From assembly GCA_964016885.1 (NCBI GenBank), contig OZ024741.1, positions 94,736,001 to 94,800,000 of the forward strand: DNA of 64,000 nucleotides, in the 5' to 3' direction. Position 1 is the first letter of the stretch, and every line of letters starts with the position of its first letter. This document shows, piece after piece, positions 1 to 11,233 of this stretch. This DNA comes from Eledone cirrhosa (lineage: Eukaryota). A program made the translations under genes and the position numbers. Under the pieces are notes generated by a model. The model did no database searches, had not been told where the DNA came from, and saw nothing but the letters and a program-made list of their open reading frames with translations.

Positions 1-1052
1 AAGTAAAGATATTATAAACATCTAAATTAACAATCCTATTTTTAGATATTTTCTACCTAATCATTAGAGGATGTTAAGTTTTAATTAATTCACATATAGT
101 GTAATTTCATTAGAAATATGTTGACATAAGGGTTAATTTTTGGTTTGAATATGAATATCATGTACAGGTTGAATGGCTAAAGTAATTTAAATTATTTCCT
201 GTAAACTTATAGAAAGTGACATTCATACAATTGTCAAAAAACAAAAGAGATGTAAGTGAAATAGTTCCAACTGGGAATTATTGAAATGTTATGAAATGAC
301 TGTTCCTAAATCACATAGCAATTTAAACCAAAAAGTTTCCTTTCCGGAGAAAGATTTGGGAAAGCACCAAATTAGTCACAGATCACTGGTCAGTTAAATA
401 AGAATGTTGTTTTTCATTGCTTCTAACACTTTACTTACTTTAAGCTTGGCGTGAACTCAATTCATCTCGTGTATATGTGTATATTCACCTTATTGTGTGT
501 GTATGTATGTCTGCGTGTAAGTTTGTGTGTGTGTGATGTGAGCATGCACCTTTCTAAACACATGTGTACACATCTGTGAACATGAACATGTAAATGTGTG
601 TGGGAATATGTATATCCGCTGCAATGGAAATATATATCTATAAAAGGAGAAAAACTTTTTAAATGAATATAATCATTCTGAAGATCAAAATTAATCCTTG
701 ACTTTTGCCTAGCTACTGTGCAGTATCTCAAGGTGTTAACAATTGCAGCCAAATCTCCTTCAAATCCTACCAAAAATATACAGGTATAACATCTTTGATC
801 ATAGATCTGTCTGATCAGGGATGACTAATGGTCAAATAATAACAACGTACAAAGATCCATTTTCATAGAAATTATTGAAGAAAATCTTATTTATAATTAT
901 ATTAAGAATTGTTTTAAAAAGACATAATTGTTTAAATATATTAAAATTTTCCATTTATCAATATGTACTTCATATACAAGATGGCTACTTATAAATGGTA
1001 CTAAAAAAAATCAGTGAGACTGGTTTCAGTCATTGGATTGTGATTATACTAG

Positions 1053-1083
<31 letters not shown>

Positions 1084-1333
1084 GGCACCACTTTCAAGAG
1101 CTTATGTCAATTATATAAACTCTGGTACTTATTTTATTAGTCTCTATTAGTTGAACTGCTAAGTTACTGGCTATAAGGAAATAAATACAATATAAACAAT
1201 TAAACTGATGTTGCGATTGGTAGATAGTATCAGCAATGAAAAGACCAATGGAAACATTGTTTCCTCGGTCCAATTTGATGAGTTCCATCCCACTTGGTAG
1301 GCAAATGAGGTCTGGAATCTTGTCAATTGGTAA

Positions 1334-1415
<82 letters not shown>

Positions 1416-2054
1416 TAGTGTAATATAAAATGATGATGATGATGTAAATAGAAACAGACATAAATACACACATATATATTCTTCTTTTTCTTGTATATTA
1501 AGCTGTGCATTAAGCAGTTGAAATATGCAATTAGTTATAACTATACATATATACGGTATAAAAGTAACCAAGACTATGTAAATGTGTGAATAAATGTACA
1601 CATTTGTAGTCCAAAGACATATAGACATGCCAATTATACCCATTTTTATGTTAAAATGATACCTTTATTTGGTTTTCTGGCCTAGGTGGGTTCTAATCAG
1701 AAGGAAATATGTAATTGAGGGACTTATATACCCTATCACTTATAGTAGTATCCTGATGGCTATACTAATCTGCATGTTATTAGTGCTCGTGTTAGTAGTT
1801 AATTAAGATACATATTAAGTTGAGTGCTATGAAGTTACTGTATATATTCAAATATATGCCAATTCAAATATAAGCCGACCTCCTATTTTATGTTTAAGAA
1901 ATAGGTAAAAATTTAAACCCCATGTATAAGTTGAGGTAGTTAATCAACACATTATGTTTAGATGGTACAATTTTGTAAATTCTCATGCGTGGATAATATT
2001 TTCATGAAGATTTAATATTTTGATATCTAAAATGTTTTTAAGTGTCGTTTAAAC

Positions 2055-2613
2055 CAGTGATCAGACCTCAAATTCAGAATTTTAAATCCTGCAAACCACA
2101 AATAAAGGTTTTTTTTTAAAAAGATAAATACATTTGTAAAATAATTGTTTCTACTTTTGGCACAAGGCCAGCAATTACCCAGTACATTACTGGTACTTTA
2201 TTTTATCGACCCCGTAAGAATGAAAGGCAAAGTTAACCTCGGCGGGATTTGAACTCAGAATGGAAAGGACCGTAACTCTATGCGTCAAAGCATGGCGTCT
2301 GACTCTCTACCGATACTGCCAATCCACCGCCCTACATTTGTAAAATAATTGTCAGAGAACTTCCATTTTATTAAACAATACTAAAGCTTATGTGTGTCAT
2401 ATTGTCGAAAGATGATACCAATGTGTAAAAATTCTTTCATGGATGTTAGTTCTTTACTGAGGAGAAACATTATTTTAGGGTTGTTATAAAATATATTTTA
2501 ACCAAATATTATTTTTGTTTTATTATTAATAAAACATAAAAATTGCAAATAATGTCCAAATTATTCTGCGGACCACCAAAATTTTCTATCGGACCACCGG
2601 TTGGCGACCACTG
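2055..2613. mobile_element. hAT (Charlie-like) MITE
   Basis: Ends cagtga... / ...ggttggcgaccactg; degenerate 8-bp TSD gtttaaac/atttaaag. Absent at the matching site of the 4374-4898 copy. Confidence 0.65.
2140..2333 (-). mobile_element. tRNA-derived SINE (dominant family) with TSD
   Basis: A-box-like TGGCAGTATCGG, B-box GAGTTCAAATCC, central gcctttcatncttacggggtcgataaaataaagtacc, tail acaattatt. Flanked by direct repeat tacatttgtaaaataattgt. Confidence 0.9.
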
Positions 2614-3107
2614 ATTTAAAGTATAGTTTTTGTTTCATAACTCTATTATGTAATGATTTTTTACCATTTCACTCATTTTATGAAGTTTCAACAAGTTTCT
2701 CAAATTTGTATTTACTTCCTTTTAGCAGACAATAGCACCATCTTCTGAATGTAACAGGTTTTTATTTAACATATAAATCAAATGAAACACATACCTTTAA
2801 AAACTTAGAAACTATTAAATGTCCTCATATAAGTAGATCCATTTTTTCAAATTATAAAAACTTTATATAGTGAACTTGAAGCCCATATATTGTACAATAG
2901 AAAAATAAAAGCTTGTGCAAACAAAATAACTTTAATATATAAAATTAACAGAATAATTAAAAACACAAATCATCTGTATAAATACAAATAGATTAGAACA
3001 TTTAATAAATGAAAATTTATAAGCAAACCAACCACTCACATGCTGGGAGATATGAAAACGTATATAAAGTTTGTGTGTACTAAAAATATTCTGTAAAAAT
3101 ACTACTT

Positions 3108-3640
3108 TGAGGGGGCTTCAAAAAGTTTGTGGAAAAAGGACAGTTGGAAAAAAACGGTTTAAGTTATGATGTTTATTTTTCAACATATGCTCCATCTAAG
3201 TCAATACACTTCTGCAAGCGTTGATACCAACCTTTAAGTTCTTCTGTGTAAAACTGAGGGCCATGTGATTTAAACCATGTCAAAGCAGCTTTTTTTACAT
3301 CTTCAACCTCATCTCTTCCACTTCTAAAACGACTTATCCATTTGTAGGTTGTTGATTTCTTTGGGACATTGTCCCCATAAACTTGCTCCAGAGCGTCAAT
3401 GATTTGGTTGCTCTTCCAACCTAGCTTCACCGTGAACTTGGTGTTTTTATAGAGGCCATGTTGCTCGAGCGGGTGCTGACTTCCGACTGGCAGTGCCGCG
3501 TTGCAACATGCATTTAAGGGTTCATGTTAGAACATGTTATGACATGTTAGTATGAGACCATACAGGTGCATTGAGATCAAAATCCCTGCATATGATTTTT
3601 AGCTATGTACTTTTTCCACGAACTTTACGAAGCCCCCTCG
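3108..3640 (-). mobile_element. Internally deleted mariner element
   Basis: ~30-bp TIRs (gagggggcttc..aaagtt.gtggaaaaag). ORF 3173-3430 fuses the N-terminal HTH (LEQVYGDNVPKKSTTYKWISRFRSG) to the C-terminus (RLQKCIDLDGAYVEK). Confidence 0.9.
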
Positions 3641-3899
3641 TAAATTGTAGTAAAACAAATCATTGTAATGCAATCACTCCAGATATTTTAGTGCCTTTTT
3701 ACGTAGATGCTGAAGTTGATGAAAATCAGCAAAATATTGATTTCAAATATAAGGCTACCCCACCCCACCCCATTTTATCACAGATTTTTTTGTCTTGACT
3801 TATACATGACTATAGGTATATCTACCAGTATATCTACCTATATATCTACCTATACGTATATCTACCAGTATAGAGATAACTGAGACTGCATACATATAT

Positions 3900-3982
<83 letters not shown>
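3900..3982. repeat. (CA)n microsatellite
   Basis: Direct reading. Confidence 0.98.
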
Positions 3983-3984
<2 letters not shown>

Positions 3985-4200
3985 CACATACACACACACA
4001 TCCAAATGCACACATATATATGCATGCTCGCATTTTGTGTGTACAGACACATGCATAACACAAGAGTATGTTCATTGAATTTGCAGTGAATTCTCTCTCC
4101 AGCACCAAGGATACAGCTATTACTCTTGTTGAATAGCTGGTTATTTTTCTGACTCCATTCAATAAGGAAACCTTTTATTCAAGATCAAAGCAATACTCAC

Positions 4201-4254
4201 CATGCAGAGATTCACTCCAAACAAAATGGCTGGATATGACAAAAATCAACAATA
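4201..4254 (-). CDS. 54-nt internal coding exon of an unidentified host gene; hydrophobic core of a signal peptide (xLLIFVISSHFVWSESLH)
   Basis: Minus strand reads ttttcttaatgttgtctttctttgattcttcttcAG|TATTGTTG...CTGCATG|GTGAGTAT: long polypyrimidine acceptor and consensus donor. Only the phase-1 frame is open. Sequence is not repeat-derived. Confidence 0.75.
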
Positions 4255-4373
4255 CTGAAGAAGAATCAAAGAAAGACAACATTAAGAAAAGTAAATAGAG
4301 TTGTAGTTATAGAAGAAACCGAAACTATAAATATATTTTTCTTGGAGTTATGAACTCAATAATGACTTATGTA

Positions 4374-4898
4374 TTGTATATATACTCTATATATATACAC
4401 TCCAATATATATACTCTATATATATACTTGAATATATATACTCTATATATATACTCGAATATAAGCTACGCTCCTATTTTATGACTGAGAAATGGGCAAA
4501 AATCCAAACCATGAGGCAGCTAATCAACACATGTTTAGATGATACAGTTTGGGAATTCTCATGAGTGGAGAATATATTTATGAAGTTTTTATATTTTGAT
4601 ATTTAAAATGTTTTAAGTGTCATTTAGAATATAGTTTTGTTTCACTCCATTATGTAATAATGGTTTATTACTAACTGTTTTGAAGAACATATTCTTTCAA
4701 AACACACAAAAAAAAACAATTAAATTTCACCTCCAAAGTGAAACCAGAGTAATATTCACCTCAAAGCAAGATATTTTAGCACCTTATTTATGTAGAATTT
4801 AAAGTTGGTGAAAATCAGCAAAATATCGACCTCGAATATAAGCAAACCCATTATACCATCAAATCTTTTGTCACATATTGCTCACTTTATATACAGTA
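4374..4898. mobile_element. Pogo/Tigger-like MITE, second copy
   Basis: tgtatatatactc...actcgaatataagc start and ...tatatacagta end; aligns to 1836-3815. Confidence 0.6.
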
Positions 4899-4915
4899 AT
4901 TGCTGTAAAATAACT

Positions 4916-5113
4916 TTAACCCTTTTGATTCCAAACCACCTGAAACTGTCCCTGGTTCTGTGATACAAAGCTACTTATTTTAACATGAGTAAATTTATCT
5001 AAAACCTGCTGTCATAATTTTACATAAGAACCTTTGTTAAGTTATGCTCCAAACACTAGCTTAATAAGAAAGTTAATATATGGAAGTTTCTACTATAAAA
5101 GTATACAGGAGAT

Positions 5114-5159
<46 letters not shown>

Positions 5160-5466
5160 GGAAAAAATATCAAAAACCAAAAAAGTACAAAAAATAGCAC
5201 TTCACTCGCAACTGACACTGCACACCAAATCCAAACACAGATGAGCCGAACTCCCACTGTCAGCACCTCCATCTCTCTTTGTTATGAGTAAATGGGATCC
5301 CACGTGCTGGCCGCCCCACAGCCCCAGTGGACAGAATAAGGAAGGCATTTCCCCAGAGGATGATAAGGGAGATGCGATGGTCCATCCAAATTCTTGATTA
5401 TTTTCAAAATGAATGTAAACATATAGGGAGTATCTTTCATTAGAAATATAGTAACAAAATAGTTAA
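4916..5466. mobile_element. piggyBac-like (TTAA) MITE family B; other copies ~26293-26540, 27445-27660, 28824-29468, 43091-43720
   Basis: ttaaccctttt-gatacc ... ggtaacaaaagggttaa termini recur at these positions. Confidence 0.6.
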
Positions 5467-5689
5467 AAAGATTGTTCTGTTGGCTATAGATATAGAATAA
5501 ATAAATACTTTGACAAACTTCAATAAGAACAGAATTATCTTATAAAAAGACTATTTCAACCAACAAGAAACATTTACTGAATGCAAGAAAAGAGTTAATG
5601 ATTGTAATTATATTCTAAATAATTTGAACAATGTATGAACAAGCTATGTCAACCCTAGGTTTAACAACATGATATATGTATATATAAAA

Positions 5690-6130
5690 GCATTGTCTTC
5701 AATTTGGTATTTGTGCCTATTCTTACCTATGGTCCTGAATTGATTGTAATGACCAAAAGAATACAATCACAAATACAAACAGCTGTAAGGGGATTCTTCT
5801 GAGGGGTCTTTGGAGTAATATTACTTGATAGGGTACATAGCTCAGAAGTCAGGGAATCACTCCAAATAGAGCTACTACTTTTCCACATCAAAATATCACA
5901 GCTCTTGTACTATGGACACATGGTTAGGATGTCTAAAGAAAGAATCACAAGTCAGATTTTATGAGCAAAACCAACCAGCAAGGAACCCAGAGGTTGACCA
6001 CCAGCCAGATAGTTGGATAACATCTATAAGCTAAGTTGGTCCCACTTGGGGATCCAACTGGATCATTTGGTGAGGGTTGCTTCTGACAGGATCTGCTGGA
6101 AGGAGTGTTTGAGGACTCTGCCCCTAAGAC
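5690..6130 (+). mobile_element. RTE-clade LINE 3' fragment (family 2); also 22680-23050 (-) and 57430-57930 (-)
   Basis: FNLVFVPILTYGPE...IQTAV.GF...YGHMVRMSKERI...KP..K.PRG.P...W, with stops. Confidence 0.8.
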
Positions 6131-7144
6131 CCCCTCAGGAATAAGTGGGAGAAGAAGAAGAAGAGATGCTGCCAGGTAGGGTACAAAAGTAGAGAAAGAG
6201 AGAGTGCCGTGGAATACAGTGTTCTAGTGATGAAGAAATCAGTAAAGTGTTTATAGAGAGTAGGTCTGAGTGACAAGACAAAATAAGGGTGACAAAAAAT
6301 AGTAGTGAGTGCATCAAATAGACTTATGTGTGGGTGGTACCAAGCTGGTAGGTTCAAAGTAACAGATTTCATTGTAGTATCAGTAAAAAAAGACAGAGAG
6401 GTAGAGTGAGTATATTTCTGTGCAATGGAGATTTTTAAATTTCAAACAGGAAACTTTTTTTTCTTTTTGATTCCCATACAGTGTATCAGGTGGCCAATTC
6501 TGAATGGTGGCAGATAATTGCAATTTGGTGTATTTAGTAGCAAGTCTATTAATTTATGAAACTTCCTTGCTTTGATGTTATAATAGAAGCAATAGGAACC
6601 AACCTTAATAGTTTACAGACACTCTTTAGAGAAAGTCAAACAGAGAAATGTGTTTTGTTAAGTTCTTTTTTGTGTATGAGGTTAATAACCAATTGTATGT
6701 CTTACAAATTCTTTTCAATGTGGAGCCAATGTTGTAGATAATAGGGACCAATTTCAATAGATTCTCAACCATTTATTGGCTCTTTTGAACTTTAAGAAAC
6801 ACAGCACTTCGTCGGTAATCAATGCCAATAAGCTCTGAAGAGTGCCAAATAAAAATATTCCAAATCTGTCAATAAGCCAGCAATATTCCAAAAGCCAGGT
6901 TCCAAAGAATTTTGGCAAGTTTCCTGCAGCAGCTGAAGCAGGACTTCCTTGCAATCTATTTTTAACAGATCACAACCCAAAATGTTTATGAATGATTTTG
7001 CAGCCAGCTTTAAGTCTGTTGATGCAGAACTATAGTCTTCGATCTTCATAAATCAACATGTGTTAGAGGATTTCATTTTTTAATGTTTGAAGTACACTGT
7101 GAAAATTTGTTTAAAAAACAAGTATCTAAATGGTTCTTAGCATC

Positions 7145-7172
7145 TATGTATGTATGTATGTATGTATGTATG

Positions 7173-7206
<34 letters not shown>

Positions 7207-7560
7207 TGTATGTATGTATGTATGTATGTATGTGTGTATATGTATGTATTATGTATGTCTGTGTGTGTGTATATGTATATGTGTGTGTGCATGTATGTAT
7301 ATGTGTGTGTGTGTGCATGTATGTATATGTGTATGTATGTGTACTATATATATATATGTGTGTGCATGTATGTATGTGTGCATGATTTATGTATGCATGT
7401 ATGCAGGTATATATTTCTGTATATATGTATGTGCAGATGTATGTATGTTTGTATGTGTATATATATATATATGTATGTGTGCATGTATGTATGTATGTTT
7501 GTATGTATGTGTATTTGTATGTATGTGAGTATGTATGTATGTGTATATGTGTGTATACAA
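7145..7560. repeat. (TATG)n / TG-TA complex microsatellite
   Basis: Direct reading. Confidence 0.95.
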
Positions 7561-7794
7561 GTAAGACTGTTGATTGCCCTAACCCATAAACGAAACACTC
7601 AGAAAATACTGTTAAACCTGCCACTGACTTATACTCATAATTCCCATAAACAAACCATCAACCAGCATCCCTATATTGCATAAATCAACCACAGACCCAC
7701 ACATACCACTGGTATGGGGAAGACAAACCTTATCAAGCTGCAGTCATCATATTACATAATTTTCTGTATAATAAAACTATTATTATTAGTATGG

Positions 7795-9099
7795 GGAGGG
7801 GAAAGTCGATTAAATTGCCCCCAGTGCATTACTGGTACTTTATTTTATCAACCCTGTAAGGATGAAAGGCAAAGCTAACCTTAGCAAGATTTGAACTCAG
7901 AACGCAAAGGGCCATAACTCTATGCTACGAAGCATGTTGTCTGACGCTCTACCGATACTGCCAATCCCCCAAAATTGTTAGCCTTGTGCCTAAATCAGAA
8001 ACCATTATTAGTATGTATAAGTAATCCCGCCGAGGTTAACGTTGCCTTTCATCCTTACAGGGTCGATAAAATAAAGTACCAGTAATACACTGGGATAATT
8101 GCTGGCCTTGTGCCAAAAGTAGAAACCATTATTAGTATGTATAAGGGCGGTGGATTGCCAGTATCAGTAGAGCATTGGAAAACATGCTTTGCAGCATGTA
8201 GTTCATCCTTGTGGGGTCAATAAAATAAAGTACCAGTAATGTACAGGAATCGATTTAATCGACTTTCCTCTCCCCCAAATTGCTGGCCTTGAGCTTAACT
8301 CAGAAACCATTATTAGTACGTATATGTGTAGCTAAGGATTAACTAAATATACATCCTTTTGTGCATTTTAGGCAGTTGTATACATTTAATTGTTTCTACT
8401 TTTGGCACAAGGCCAGCAATTATCCCAATGTATTACTGGTACTTTATTTTATTGACCCTGTAAGGATGAAAGGCAAAGTTAACCTCGGCGGGATTTGAAC
8501 TCAGACCAAAAAGGGCCGTAATTCTTTGCTGCAAAGCATGGCGTCCGACCCTCTACCGATACTGCCAATCCACTATACATTTAATGATCTCTATATACAT
8601 CTGTGTATATATGTAAGTGCATGAATTCAAATCCATACATGCTTCTTTCTAACTTTAAAAAAAAAAAAAACCTCAACAAAAAAAATCAGCAACAAAGAAA
8701 CAAATTTAATGAATAATTGTTTCTACTTTTTTTTGGCACAAGGCCAGCAATTACCCAGTGCATTACTGGTACTTTATTTTATCGACCCTGTAAGGATGAG
8801 AGGCAAAGTTAACCTCGGCGGGATTTGAACTCAGAATGGCAAGAGCCGTAACTCTGCGTCAAAGCATGGCGTCCGACCCTCTACCGATACTGCCAATCCA
8901 CCGCCATTGAATAATTGTTTCTATTTTAGGCACAAAGCCAGCAATTACCCAGTACATTACTGGTACTTTATTTTATCGACCCCGTAAGGATGAAAGGCAA
9001 AGTTAACCTCGGCCGGATTTGAACTCAGATCGTAAAGGGATGTAACTATGCTGGAAAGCATGGCGTCCGACCCTCTACCGATATTGCCAATTCACCGCC
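7795..9099. mobile_element. Cluster of six or more copies of the dominant SINE in both orientations
   Basis: Copies at about 7795-7968(-), 8022-8135(+), 8145-8315(+), 8387-8575(-), 8712-8905(-), 8910-9099(-). Confidence 0.9.
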
Positions 9100-9227
9100 A
9101 TTGAATAATGTTGGTAAGACTGGCAGTAAAATATATCATTGAAAGCTGTGTAAATCTGTCAATTTGGTGCCAGTGTATAGTGACAAGAGTTCTACATTTA
9201 CTCTCTACTTAAACGACTGCAGTTCTT

Positions 9228-9443
9228 TAACCCTTTAGCATTTACATTACTCTATATTTACTATTATATTTTCATGGTAAACACTCTATCTCACATAGTT
9301 ATCTCACATAATATCGAATTTATGAGAATTTGATATTATTTATAACTTAGCATAAGTATGAGCAGCTGGTTATGGCCAGTTTGAACAGAAAGAAGTGAGA
9401 GAATTCTGGCCAGATATCGCCGGTTTAAATGCTAATGGGTTAA
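9228..9443. mobile_element. piggyBac-like MITE family A; also 16681-16893 and 53468-53891 (the latter with a SINE inserted)
   Basis: TTAA-ccctttagcattta ... taaatgctaatggg-TTAA. Confidence 0.8.
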
Positions 9444-10185
9444 TGCATGCATAGTCCCGTAACTCCTGATGGAGTCGTAGGTGTGTTGTATTGACATGCA
9501 GCATTTCTAGGGCATTTTAAAACTTAATGGAGTTCATCCCTCTCCAGTTTTTAATATCTTCTTCCAAAACATAAAGGATCTTTATTAACTAGATCTTCAC
9601 ACAATTACACAATACAAAGATAATCTCAAATTAATTTATATCAGAGTAAGTGATTAGATATGAAGGCAGCAACACTAAATTCATTCTTTCACAAAACAAT
9701 ACGGAACAAGTAATATTAATGATATGGTATTTGAATATTTTTCAACAAATTAACTGAATGCCTATAAGGTTTGTATATACACACACACATAAATATATAT
9801 ACTTGTTTGTGTATGCATATGTATTATGTATGTATACATATCTATATGTATATATCACACACACACACACATACACAGATCTGTCTATCAATCTCTCTCT
9901 CTCTCCCTATATATATATATATATATATACGATATTAACAAATGGAAATAGAACTTTTATATATATATATATATATAAATGAAAAGTATAGAAATTATTA
10001 TGAGCAAGAAGCACACAGTATTTCATAATATATATATATATATATATAAGCAAAGGGATATTTAATTTGTTAGTAATTCAACAAATATATATATATTTAT
10101 AACTGATTCGAAGCACTCGATAGGTAAAACTTGAACCGTTAAGGTCTCATTCCTGGATATGTCAATATTTATAAAATAAACTTTG

Positions 10186-10246
10186 TATTTTATCTGATGA
10201 AAGCGTACCAAAATTTTGGTACCCTTGAAATATATATAATAGAATA
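10186..10246 (+). ncRNA. Type I hammerhead ribozyme motif (solo)
   Basis: Stem I tattttat/atagaata; core CTGATGA (10194-10200); stem II aagcgtacc-aaaatttt-ggtaccctt; GAAA (10227-10230); palindromic minimal stem III TATATA; UH = TA, predicted cleavage after 10238. Confidence 0.8.
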
Positions 10247-10324
10247 AATATGGTTTTATAAATATAGTTTCCATTTATTAATATCATTGATATATATATA
10301 TGTGTGTGTGTGTGTGTGTATATA

Positions 10325-11209
10325 CGAGGTATGTCAGAAAAGTTCCAGGACTGATGTCACAAAAGATTTATTTCAAACCCAAACTTCACACTAAGAGTTT
10401 TCTCCTTCAAAGTAATCCCCCTGGAGTATGTAACTGTAATCTTAGCTCTCTGCAGCGATCAAACTTTTTTCTTCATAATTTTATATACATGACCCCTGTT
10501 TCAGGTCGTCAAGCAATGAGTACAGAGCAACGAACAAACTAGAAGTTTCTGGTATGGTTGGGGAAAACTCCGTCAGAAGCACTGGGATTGCTGCAGAAAG
10601 TGTATGGAGATGAGACGATGTCACGCTCACGTGTTTTTGAGTGTTGCAAGATGCCCCAGGAGCGGAAGGCCCTCAACAACCAGGACTGAGGTCAACGTTG
10701 AGCGCGTCAGGCAGATGGTGCGTAGCGATCGTCGGCTGACTGTTTGACTGATGGCAAATGAGCTGGGCATGAATTGGGACAGCGTCTGGAAGATTCTCAC
10801 TGAAGATTTGGACATGTGGAAAGTCTGCGCAAAGATAGTGCCAAAACTTCTGAACGATAACCAGGAGGGTCGACGCATGAAAGTGTGCCACGACATCCTC
10901 GAGCGTCTTGAAACCGAACCAGACTTGCTAGGGACAGTCATCACCGGTGATGAGTCATGGATCTTCAAGTACAACCCGGAAGGGACCCGTTTTGAAGACA
11001 TGGACGACATCAAAAAGGCCGTGACGACGGAACTGCAGAGGATCCCGGAAGAATCCTTCCAGGAGTGCATGCAGGCGTGGCAGAAAAAGATGGAAAAGTG
11101 CATTAGACTCCATGGGGATTACTTTGAAGGAGAAAACTCTTAGTATGAAGTTTGGGTTTGAAATAAATCTTTTGTGACATCAGTCCTGAAACTTTTCTGA
11201 CACACCTCG
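10325..11209 (+). mobile_element. Internally deleted mariner element with ~96-bp TIRs and TA TSD
   Basis: TIRs 10325-10420 and 11114-11209. Transposase remnants: LLQKVYGDETMSRSRVFE, KVCAKIVPKLL, VITGDESWIFKYNPE joined directly to GTRFEDMDDIKK...CIRLHGDYFEG. Confidence 0.95.
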
Positions 11210-11233
11210 TATATATATATATATATATATATA

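Larger units (their letters stand above)
1836..3815. mobile_element. Pogo/Tigger-like non-autonomous element carrying nested insertions
   Basis: End tactgtatatattcaaatat...ataagccgac. Both ends align with the uninterrupted copy at 4374-4898. Confidence 0.6.

Noticed and set aside
3040-3090. Candidate next exon with GTGAGT donor
   Set aside because: Weak acceptors, a stop in one option, and it lies among transposon sequence.
7073-7683. Long ORFs rich in Y/I/C/V/H/T (also at 1171-1643, 3800-4162, 14955-15917, 26716-27198, 44946-45458, 62011-62304)
   Set aside because: Translations of TA/CA/TATG microsatellites that lack stop codons.
7795-9099. Regularly recurring repeats resembling a CRISPR array or tRNA cluster
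   Set aside because: They are SINE copies. There are no unique spacers of constant length, no cas genes and no full cloverleaf.
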